Origin: Minisyncoccota bacterium
Lineage (GTDB): Bacteria; Patescibacteriota; Minisyncoccia; Phycocordibacterales; UBA6065
Direction: 5' to 3'
Assembly: GCA_036400935.1 (NCBI GenBank)
Contig: DASWWW010000002.1
Location: 137,529 to 201,528 of the forward strand
DNA length: 64,000 bases
Part shown: piece after piece, positions 9,242 to 17,310 of the stretch
Numbering within the stretch: position 1 is the first letter of the stretch
How the letters are laid out: the number at the start of each line of letters is the position of its first letter
The notes under the pieces: generated by a model
What the model saw: the letters and a program-made list of their open reading frames with translations, nothing else
Told to the model about the DNA's origin: nothing
The model's database searches: none
Made by a program: the position numbers and the translations under genes

Positions 9242-10141
9242 TTATTTCTTTGGTATGAGTGAGATTGCCTTTGCGATGATCGGGAGCATGTCCTCGTAGA
9301 AGTTGAGGCTCGCTATCTCGTCTGCCCGGAACCACTCGGCCTTGTCGAGGCCACCGGTCTCCTTGAGGGTGAGGGGCTTGTATGCCGCTTCGGCGAGGAA
9401 GTATGTCACCTGCTTGCGGAGCTTGCCCTTCTCTGGGTGCGTCGCCACGTACTCGTTCGAATCGACGGACTCGAGGAGCTTGATATCAATGCCGATCTCC
9501 TCCTTCACCTTGCGCATGGTGCCTTCCTCCACTGTTTCTGTCTCCAAAAGGCTTCCCTTGGAAAGAGTCCAGCGGCCGAAGACGTCGTGCACGAGGGCAA
9601 GATAGATGCGGCCGTCGTGTCGGGCGAACACGACCGCTCCGCCGAGCTTCACGATAGGCATCTTGTCGAAAGGAATGTTGAACTTGTCGTCCTTCTTCTT
9701 TGACACGGCGTCCTTGCCCGGCTCGCCCATCTCCTTGTATACGGATCCGAGCACGCCGTTCACGAACTTGCCCGAATTCTCGCCGCCAAAGCTCTTTGCG
9801 AGCTCGATAGCCTCGTTGATAGCTACCTTTGCAGGCACCTCGCCGCGATCGGCGAACAAAAGCTCGTAGAGGCCCATGCGCAAGACGTTCCTATCGATGA
9901 TGGAGATCTTGTTCAAAGGCCAGTCAGGGGCCGCCTTTGTGATGATCATGTCGATCTCGGGCTGCTTCTTGAGCACCCCTTCGCCAAGCTCCTGCATAAA
10001 GGCAAGATCGCTGTTTCCCGGCGCAAATTCTGCGGCGTCGCGGCCGATAGCATCAGAGAGGATGCTCGAATTTTGGTCGCGGAAATCCCACTCAAAGAGT
10101 GATTGGAGAACAACTGATCTTGCAAGGTGCCTGTTTGCCAT
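9242..10141 (-). CDS. nusB: NusB fused to a C-terminal Nudix-like domain
   Basis: RHLARSVVLQSLFEWD...IDRNVLR...VAINEAIELAKSFG...FVNGVL; then WTLSKG...E...RKVKEEIG Nudix-box-like. Confidence 0.93.
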   Translation of the reverse strand: MANRHLARSVVLQSLFEWDFRDQNSSILSDAIGRDAAEFAPGNSDLAFMQELGEGVLKKQPEIDMIITKAAPDWPLNKISIIDRNVLRMGLYELLFADRGEVPAKVAINEAIELAKSFGGENSGKFVNGVLGSVYKEMGEPGKDAVSKKKDDKFNIPFDKMPIVKLGGAVVFARHDGRIYLALVHDVFGRWTLSKGSLLETETVEEGTMRKVKEEIGIDIKLLESVDSNEYVATHPEKGKLRKQVTYFLAEAAYKPLTLKETGGLDKAEWFRADEIASLNFYEDMLPIIAKAISLIPKK

Positions 10142-10209
10142 AAATTACTTAAACTCTGAATCCTAACCTATACCTCTAGTGTATAGCGTTAGACATCAAA
10201 GCTCAAGCC

Positions 10210-10434
10210 TTATCGGGCTGTCTGAGCTTCCTTCATTTTCTTCTCCTTCTTGGCGAGCTTCTTGTCCATGTCGATGGCGACAAGGTTCTTGTACTTGCCA
10301 GTGACAGCGCTTGCGCGGTGTCGAAGGTGGATTGTTCCTGTATTTGTATCAGTCGTCAAAGCAGGGTTCTTCAACGCGTGATGAGAGCGTCGATTTCCCG
10401 TATGAGACCGAGTTGATCGCATTCGTACTACCAT
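10210..10434 (-). CDS. rpmF: 50S ribosomal protein L32 (Cys-free type)
   Basis: RSTRSHTGNRRSHHAL...HLRHRA...GKYK. Confidence 0.9.
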   Translation of the reverse strand: MVVRMRSTRSHTGNRRSHHALKNPALTTDTNTGTIHLRHRASAVTGKYKNLVAIDMDKKLAKKEKKMKEAQTAR

Positions 10435-10477
10435 GTCGATTACTATAGCAGATATTGGCCAAAAGGCAAGATTTGGC

Positions 10478-11071
10478 CTAGAGCAGGCCTTTCATGAAGC
10501 TCTTGCGGTGTATCGGCGTCATCCCGTTCGAGCTAATGGCCGCCAGGTGAAGCGCCGTGCCGTAGCCCTTATGCCTTTCAAAGCCATAGGCTGGATATTT
10601 CTTGGCCATCTTGTCCATATGGCCGTCGCGAGTGACCTTGGCGATGACAGAGGCCATGCTTATGAGGGGAATCTTCTCGTCCCCCTTTATGAAAGTCTCT
10701 TGGTGAACGTATGCCACTGGCGCCTTGAGCGAGCCGTCGAGAAGAACGCTCGTTCCGGACGGGTCGAGACCGAGGGTCGCGAGGCATTCGGCGAGCGCCG
10801 ACCTGATGGCGCCGGTGATTCCGTCCCTGTCGATCTCCCGGGCCGTTCGCGACACGACAGACCATCTCATAGCGCCAGCATCGCGCGCCGCCTGCGCCCT
10901 GGCGAACCACTCTTCCCTCTTTTTTGCCGAGAGTTTTTTCGAATCCCTGATTCCGGCAAACCATCCCATATTGAAATCCGCCGTCACGGAGCACGCGCAG
11001 AGCGTCACCGGGCCAGCCAGAGGGCCACGGCCGACCTCGTCGATGCCGACGATGTTTGAGATTTTGGGCAT
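10478..11071 (-). CDS. rnhB: Ribonuclease HII
   Basis: GIDEVGRGPLAGPV, DSKKLS, ASVIAKVTRD, HKGYGT; start reassigned to ATG 11071 (6 nt after TATACT). Confidence 0.96.
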   Translation of the reverse strand: MPKISNIVGIDEVGRGPLAGPVTLCACSVTADFNMGWFAGIRDSKKLSAKKREEWFARAQAARDAGAMRWSVVSRTAREIDRDGITGAIRSALAECLATLGLDPSGTSVLLDGSLKAPVAYVHQETFIKGDEKIPLISMASVIAKVTRDGHMDKMAKKYPAYGFERHKGYGTALHLAAISSNGMTPIHRKSFMKGLL

Positions 11072-11087
11072 GCTCACAGTATATACT

Positions 11088-11145
11088 TTTTCCGCCATGG
11101 GCGATTTGTAGTAAAAAAATACTACAAATCGCCCATGGCGGAAAA
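11088..11145. repeat. Perfect 26-bp inverted repeat with 6-nt A loop
   Basis: TTTTCCGCCATGGGCGATTTGTAGTA-AAAAAA-TACTACAAATCGCCCATGGCGGAAAA between divergent rnhB and dnaE. Confidence 0.95.
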
Positions 11146-11224
11146 TACGCATCCCGCCCTCGGCACTACACGGACACGTCAAAGTCAACGCGCATTTAAG
11201 ACCGATTTGTTCTAAAATCTACGC

Positions 11225-14200
11225 ATGGCCCGCTTTATCCACCTCCACACGCACAGCCACTACTCGCTTTTGGCAGCGCTTCCGAAGATCGAAGACCTCG
11301 TAAAGGCGGCAAAGGCCGACGGCGCGCCAGCCCTCGCTCTCACCGACAACGGAAACCTCTACGGGGCGATCGAGTTCTACAAGGAGTGCAAGAAGGCCGG
11401 CATAAAGCCGATCATCGGCATGGACGCATATCTGGCGGCGCGATCGCGCACCGACAAGCAGTCCGGAATCGACTCACGGCGCACCCGCATGGTCTTTCTC
11501 GTCAAAACCGAGGCTGGCTACAAGAACATCATCCAGCTCATCACCAAATCCCACCTCGAGGGCTTCTACTACAAGCCTCGCGTGGACAAGGAGCTCATCA
11601 ATCTCCACAAGGAGGGCCTCATCGCCATCGATTCGGCATTTTCCGGCAACCTGACGACGGCGCTCCAAGGAAACGACATCGCAAAGGCCTGCGAGATCGC
11701 AAACTACTGGAAAGGCGTATTCGGCGCGGACTACTACCTCGAGATCACCCATCATCCCGACATCGACGGCCACGAGACGATCATGGAGCGCACCAAGGAG
11801 GTGGCAAAAAAGACCGGCATCCCTCTGGTAGCCGGCGGAAACGTCTATTACATAAGGCCCGAGGACAAGGCTGCGCAGCAGACCCTCATGCTCGTGAACT
11901 CGTCGGGCGACGACCGCATCAACGACGACGACGTGGCGGATTTCTCATTCATCTCAGACAGCACGGCCCAGAATTATTTCCGCGACATCCCGGAAGCGAT
12001 CGCCAATACGGAAAAGATCGTCGCCGACATCACTTTCGACATGAAGCTCGGAGTCTGGGCTTTCCCCGACTTCCCTTTGCCGCCCGGCGTCACGCCGGCA
12101 GACGCATTGCGCAAGATCGTATTCGAAGGATTCGCAAAGCGAAACGTCGAGCAGACGCCGACGGCGGTAGAGCGCGTCGAGTACGAGCTCAAGGTCATCA
12201 AGGATAAGGGTTACGAAGCCTACTTCCTCATCGTGGCCGACCTTCTCGCATACGCACGAACCCACGGAATCCTTTCGAACATCCGAGGATCCGTTTCCGG
12301 ATCGATGGTTACGTACCTGTCGGGCATCACGAACCTCAACCCGATGGAGTACGAGATCCCATTCGAGCGATTCCTCAATCCGGACCGACCTTCGGCGCCC
12401 GATATCGACATGGACTACGCCGACGACCGCCGCGACGAGATGATGGAGTACGCAAAGCAGAAGTACGGCTCTGACCGCGTGGCTCAGATCGGTACCTTCG
12501 GAACCATGGCCGCCCGCGGATCGGTCCGAGACGTCACGCGCGCCCTCGGATTCCCGGTAGAGATGGGCAACAGGCTCTCGACCCTGATCCCTATGGGCTC
12601 GCAGGGATTCCCTATGACTATCGACAAGGCGCTCGAGGATGTCGAGGAGCTTCGCACCCTCTACAAGAACGAGGCCGACGTGAAGCGCATCATCGACATG
12701 GCCAAGAAGATCGAAGGCTGTGCCCGCCAAATGGGAGTGCACGCAGCCGGAATCGTCATCTCGCCTACCTCGCTCACAAATTTCACCCCGCTCCAGCTCG
12801 ACCCGAAGGGCGAGGGCAAGATCATCACCCAGTACGACATGTACTCGATCGACGAGAACGGCGCGGGCCTCCTCAAGTTCGACTTCCTTGGGTTGAAAAA
12901 CCTCTCTATCATCGCCGACGCCCTCAAATTCATAAAGGAGAACCACGGCGTGACAATCGACCTCGACACCATGTCGGTCGACGACAAGAAGACATTCGAA
13001 ATGCTCGCCCGCGGCGAGACGTCCGACCTCTTCCAGCTCAACGGAGACGGCATGACCAAATATTTGAAGGACCTCCGCCCGACATCGATCCACGACATCA
13101 ACGCTATGGTGGCCCTCTACCGACCGGGCCCAATCCAGTTCATCCCTCAGTACATCGAGCGAAAGCACAATCCGAAGCTCATTACCTACCTCGACCCTGC
13201 CCTCGAGCCGATTTTGAAAAAGACATACGGAATTCTCGTCTATCAGGACGACCTCCTGATGATGGCGAACAAGCTCGCGGGATATACCTGGGGCGAAGTG
13301 GACAAATTCCGAAAGGCCGTCGGAAAGAAGATTCCGGAAGAGATGGCCGCGCAGAAAGAAAAGTTCATCGCAGGCTGCGTAAAGTACCAGAAATGGCCTG
13401 AAAAGAAAGCCAAGGAGCTTTGGACATGGATCGAGCCCTTCGCGGCATACGGATTCAACAAGGCACACTCTGTGTCGTACGGACGCGTCGCGTACCAGAC
13501 CGCATACTTGAAAGCAAACTATCCTGGCGAATACATGACCGCAATCCTCATCCACGAAGCCGGAGACGTCGAGAAGGTCGCAGAGTCGATCAAGGAATGC
13601 AAGCGCATGAACATCGCCGTGCTTCCGCCGTCAGTCGGACAAAGCCAGGAAAAATTCGCCCTCATCAAGGGCGCGGGCAAGGACGGCGCGGACGTCATCC
13701 GCTTCGGCCTGAACTCGATCAAGAACTTCGGAGAGAACGCCGCAAAAGCCATCATCGAGGAGCGCAAGCGGGGCGGCCCGTTCAAGTCCCTCTCGGACTT
13801 CCTTTCGCGCGTCAAAGGCAAAGACATGAACAAGAAGTCGCTCGAATCCCTCATCAAGGCTGGGGGCATGGACGAGTTCGACGACCGCATCAAAATGTAC
13901 GGCAACCTCGACCGCCTGCTCGACTACAGCAAGGAAAAGGCCAAGGCCGGAAACAATCAGGACTCCCTATTCCTAGGCTTTGCGAACCACGACGAGGTGC
14001 GCCTCGATCCTGTCCCGATGACGGATGCTTCGGCCCGCGAGAAATTGAATTGGGAAAAGGAGCTCCTCGGCCTCTACATTTCCGGACATCCCTTGGACCG
14101 ATACAAGGCCGTGCTCGCCAAGAGCCCTATAAACATAGCAAGCATCAAAGCGAAAGCCCTGAAGGAGCTCGCCAACGTGAATGAGCAGATCGCCAAAGCC

Positions 14201-14491
14201 AAGGAAAAGGGCGTGAAGCCGCCAAAGGGCCTCGGCATCAAGGAAGACATGGTCGTCATCGGCTGCATCATCGAGGAGGCCCGCGTCATCATGACAAAGA
14301 AGAACGAGCCGATGGCCTTCATCCGCATCCTCGACCTGACCGGCACTATGGAGGCAGTCGTATTCCCAAAATCGTTCGCCCGCTTCAAGAACAGCATCGT
14401 TCCCGACAAATGCATCGCGCTCAAGGCAAAAGTCTCCGAGCGCAACGGCGAGATCTCGCTCATGCTCGAGGGATTGATGGAACTGAAATAA
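11225..14491 (+). CDS. dnaE: DNA polymerase III alpha subunit
   Basis: FIHLHTHSHYS PHP start, FERFLNPDR-SAPDIDMD, KFDFLGL, YGFNKAHS, C-terminal OB fold. Confidence 0.98.
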   Translation: MARFIHLHTHSHYSLLAALPKIEDLVKAAKADGAPALALTDNGNLYGAIEFYKECKKAGIKPIIGMDAYLAARSRTDKQSGIDSRRTRMVFLVKTEAGYKNIIQLITKSHLEGFYYKPRVDKELINLHKEGLIAIDSAFSGNLTTALQGNDIAKACEIANYWKGVFGADYYLEITHHPDIDGHETIMERTKEVAKKTGIPLVAGGNVYYIRPEDKAAQQTLMLVNSSGDDRINDDDVADFSFISDSTAQNYFRDIPEAIANTEKIVADITFDMKLGVWAFPDFPLPPGVTPADALRKIVFEGFAKRNVEQTPTAVERVEYELKVIKDKGYEAYFLIVADLLAYARTHGILSNIRGSVSGSMVTYLSGITNLNPMEYEIPFERFLNPDRPSAPDIDMDYADDRRDEMMEYAKQKYGSDRVAQIGTFGTMAARGSVRDVTRALGFPVEMGNRLSTLIPMGSQGFPMTIDKALEDVEELRTLYKNEADVKRIIDMAKKIEGCARQMGVHAAGIVISPTSLTNFTPLQLDPKGEGKIITQYDMYSIDENGAGLLKFDFLGLKNLSIIADALKFIKENHGVTIDLDTMSVDDKKTFEMLARGETSDLFQLNGDGMTKYLKDLRPTSIHDINAMVALYRPGPIQFIPQYIERKHNPKLITYLDPALEPILKKTYGILVYQDDLLMMANKLAGYTWGEVDKFRKAVGKKIPEEMAAQKEKFIAGCVKYQKWPEKKAKELWTWIEPFAAYGFNKAHSVSYGRVAYQTAYLKANYPGEYMTAILIHEAGDVEKVAESIKECKRMNIAVLPPSVGQSQEKFALIKGAGKDGADVIRFGLNSIKNFGENAAKAIIEERKRGGPFKSLSDFLSRVKGKDMNKKSLESLIKAGGMDEFDDRIKMYGNLDRLLDYSKEKAKAGNNQDSLFLGFANHDEVRLDPVPMTDASAREKLNWEKELLGLYISGHPLDRYKAVLAKSPINIASIKAKALKELANVNEQIAKAKEKGVKPPKGLGIKEDMVVIGCIIEEARVIMTKKNEPMAFIRILDLTGTMEAVVFPKSFARFKNSIVPDKCIALKAKVSERNGEISLMLEGLMELK

Positions 14492-14517
14492 TTTCAGCCA
14501 TAAAAAAGACGCCCACA

Positions 14518-15510
14518 TTAATGGGCGCCCCTCTCCGATTCCAATTGCCTGTAGACCGCCATCTTCTCCTTATCGCCCTGGCCGTTGAGGTCGCATATGC
14601 GGAAGCCTACCAGCAGAGCGCACTGAGTGTTCAAGAGCTTCCTGCCGGCCTCGGTCTTTTGGGCGTCGAACATCGCCGCCAGGCCCTCCCGCTCTTCGAA
14701 CGTTATGGAGGCGACGACTTTTCTCATGCTCTTCTCCCGGACATTGCGGCGAGCGATCTTTTCGATAAAGGCGGAATACTTGCCATCGACGAGCCGGTCC
14801 ATGATAGCGCCCGCCATGCTGTGCATCTCAAGCTCCTCGAGGACCCTGTCGTCGCTGCTGCGATCTATCTCCTGACCCCTGCGCTTCCCGGTCTCCTTGT
14901 TCCAGATGAAGGCATGGCCGAGCTCGTGATAAATGACGCCCGTCATGATCTTGTCGGGAATCTCTACCGCGGGGACGGCTATGGTGTTGGCGCCAGTATT
15001 CCATTTGGGCGTATACCAGTCGTTGTCCTTGAAGCAGTTCTCCTCTGACACGAAGCAGAATCCGAGCTCCTCGCCCATAGGCGGCTTGAGGTCGGTCTGA
15101 TCGGGCCTGCCGAGAAACGTGATAGGCGCCTGGCCGAAGCCCTTCGGCGTCACGTAGCCGACGCGCAAGGAATGGAACCGGGCGGCGATCCGCTCCGTAT
15201 CCGGAGAAAAATGCCGCGCGGAATTCACGAGTGCCTGGATCTTATTCTTCTTCGATTCAAGAAGGTAGTACCATTCGATGGCCGTATCGGGATCTTTCCT
15301 GAGCCACCAGACATCCGTATGGCGGCTCGTCACGATGTTGGTGACGATAAAGCTCCTGAACGACGCTAGCACTTCCTCCTTCTCGCGCTTCTTGCGATCG
15401 ATGATCCTGAAGCAGGATACGATCGCCAGAACCAGCAGGACGGCGATGCCCGCATAGGCCCATCCCCTGTTGCTTTTCCCATTAGGTATCTTGACTGTCG
15501 GTTTTTTCAC
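14518..15510 (-). CDS. Membrane-anchored protein with HExxH motif (putative zinc metallopeptidase)
   Basis: N-terminal TM (AGIAVLLVLAIVSCF), VIYHELGHAF and a downstream EELE. Confidence 0.65.
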   Translation of the reverse strand: MKKPTVKIPNGKSNRGWAYAGIAVLLVLAIVSCFRIIDRKKREKEEVLASFRSFIVTNIVTSRHTDVWWLRKDPDTAIEWYYLLESKKNKIQALVNSARHFSPDTERIAARFHSLRVGYVTPKGFGQAPITFLGRPDQTDLKPPMGEELGFCFVSEENCFKDNDWYTPKWNTGANTIAVPAVEIPDKIMTGVIYHELGHAFIWNKETGKRRGQEIDRSSDDRVLEELEMHSMAGAIMDRLVDGKYSAFIEKIARRNVREKSMRKVVASITFEEREGLAAMFDAQKTEAGRKLLNTQCALLVGFRICDLNGQGDKEKMAVYRQLESERGAH

Positions 15511-15630
15511 GGTTCGAAACTCCCAGAATATAGGTTTGGTTGAAGAAATTGGTTTTGAAAGAACGGCCTATAAAATACCATTAAAATTGAAATTTGACAA
15601 TATTTCATGCTTCGAAAGAAGCGCGTGGTT

Positions 15631-15659
15631 TTGACTTTCATACCTAATAAAAGTAATCT
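15631..15659 (+). promoter_or_regulatory. Sigma70-type promoter
   Basis: TTGACT (15631-36), 17 nt, TAATCT (15654-59). Confidence 0.6.
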
Positions 15660-15664
15660 CTACT

Positions 15665-15875
15665 CCGGAAGACGGCGTGATCGGTAGCGCGCCGGCCTGT
15701 CAGCCATGGCCACAGGGTGGTTCGCGGATGTCTTTGCTCGGTTCCAAACGCCCGAGAAAATCCGTAAGCCCACTATCGAGACAGGGACGTAGCATCTGAG
15801 CAAGCGCCTGACATCGTGATGCAGCTGCGTCCTACCATACAAAGGGCGGGGATTCATAATCCTCGCCCTTTCTGA
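15665..15875 (+). ncRNA. Candidate structured ncRNA (about 210 nt), family not recognised
   Basis: Lies between a promoter and a terminator hairpin (15841-15871); four consecutive stem-loops; no credible ORF. Confidence 0.55.
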
Positions 15876-15986
15876 TTTTCATTGACAAAAACCCATTTTA
15901 TTATACTTTGACAGCAAACGGTTGTGTTGAGAGCAGAAGAAATGTCGCCAAACGGCTATCTTTCTTCTGCTTTCAAATACAATCCA

Positions 15987-16694
15987 ATGAACATCACACT
16001 GACACCTGAACAGAATGCAAAGGTAGGGCCAGAAATTGTCGCCCTGCTCGCGAAAAGCGATATCGATATCCCTGTGGGCCACACTGCCGAAGTGAGCGTG
16101 CGAATCATCAGCGCTTTCTTCCCTTCCGTCGAGATCGTCCATATAAATCCCGAGCTCGACAAAAAACTGGCTGCGCCGGCGCGAAGCCTGACTCTCAAGA
16201 AGGGCTCGCAAGGGCGCTTTGTAAACAGCATCGTTAATAGAGGCAACCTCCACACGATCGGCGAACTGGTACGCAGCACGGACGAGCAGCTGCTAGCGCT
16301 GCACAACGTGTCAAAAGGCACGGTCGCGGGCGTCAAGGACGCTCTGTCGGAAATCGGACTCTCAACTGGCATGAAGATGCCGGTCGGTCCGCAAGAGAAG
16401 GAGGCTAGGCGGCAACGCAGGCTTTGCATCAAAGTCCATAGCTATAGCTGGAGCCAAAGCACCATTCAAGGAATCCCCGATGGAATAATGCTCTTCGTCT
16501 CAGATTCAGGATTCTACTCGGCGCACCAATTTCTAAACGGACGTTCCAAGGATACTCTTGTAAGGCTTCTCGGCCAATGCACCCTTCTACGAGAAAACGA
16601 TGAAAGCTCCGTGAAGTGGCTGCTCATGCATCCAACGGGAGAATGCCGATACCAGGTAATCTTCGACGCTATATACAGCCACTGCAACGGCTAG
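15987..16694 (+). CDS. Protein containing an RNA polymerase alpha-CTD-like domain
   Basis: LHTIGELVRSTDEQLLALHNVSKGTVAGVKDALSEIGLSTGM matches the alphaCTD helix-hairpin-helix pattern; start uncertain (15924-15987). Confidence 0.7.
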   Translation: MNITLTPEQNAKVGPEIVALLAKSDIDIPVGHTAEVSVRIISAFFPSVEIVHINPELDKKLAAPARSLTLKKGSQGRFVNSIVNRGNLHTIGELVRSTDEQLLALHNVSKGTVAGVKDALSEIGLSTGMKMPVGPQEKEARRQRRLCIKVHSYSWSQSTIQGIPDGIMLFVSDSGFYSAHQFLNGRSKDTLVRLLGQCTLLRENDESSVKWLLMHPTGECRYQVIFDAIYSHCNG

Positions 16695-16742
16695 GCCCGC
16701 GACTTGTATCGCGGGCTTTTTTATTGGTTTTTCACAACCCCA

Positions 16743-17003
16743 TTACGAGTTTTCAGCTATCGCAATCATCGCAAATGCGACATACACAACGACTCCTAGG
16801 ATTGAAAGCACAAAAATGCGCCTGCTGCCCTTGGCAAGCGAAAAAAGCCAGGTAGTGACACCGATCCAAACCAAGGTTCCTAGCCAACCGAACATTATGA
16901 ACATATTGTAATTAGTCGGCATCGACAGCGTCGCAACAAGTCCCGTGCACACATAGTACGCAGACCAGCCAACGACAGACAAAAGGGCTCTTAGGGCTTT
17001 CAT
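16743..17003 (-). CDS. Small membrane protein (about 3 TM)
   Basis: 86-aa hydrophobic ORF. Confidence 0.6.
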   Translation of the reverse strand: MKALRALLSVVGWSAYYVCTGLVATLSMPTNYNMFIMFGWLGTLVWIGVTTWLFSLAKGSRRIFVLSILGVVVYVAFAMIAIAENS

Positions 17004-17121
17004 TTTGGATTAATTATTTTGTTGCTGTTTAGTATAGAAGCAAATCTTGCCAACGTAAACACGCCCATCGCGGCGCGCCGGCACATTTGACCAAATCGGC
17101 TTGCCGCTATACCATTAGCCC

Positions 17122-17276
17122 TATCAGAGATCGCCTTGGCTACCAACCAGGGGCCGTACAGACGGCAGGAAACTCCAATCTGACCAAAGAGACAAAAGCC
17201 AGGTGGAACCGCGACGCAAATCGCCCTAGCAAATACATGACTTCGGTCGTGTCGTTGCTAGGGCGCTTTTCTTTAT
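17122..17276 (+). promoter_or_regulatory. T-box riboswitch (Thr) with transcription terminator
   Basis: T-box AAAGCCAGGTGGAACCGCG (about 17195-17213), antiterminator GCCAGG-TGGAACC-GCGA...TCGC-CCTAGC, terminator CGCCCTAGCAA...TTGCTAGGGCG-CTTTT; promoter TTGACC-N17-TACCAT (17087-17115); upstream of thrS. Confidence 0.88.
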
Positions 17277-17310
17277 CAGGCAACTTTATCCAATAACCAT
17301 TACAAACAAC

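Noticed and set aside
11954-13555. Long antisense ORFs (533 aa opposite dnaE; also 34724..36355, 19808..20656 and others)
   Set aside because: Shadow frames produced by strong codon bias in well-supported genes on the opposite strand.
15671-15725. tRNA-Asp-like or SRP Alu-like look (TCGGTAGCGCGCCGGCCTGTCAGCC...GGTTCG)
   Set aside because: No acceptor stem, no proper T arm and no SRP S-domain motif; kept only as an unknown structured RNA.
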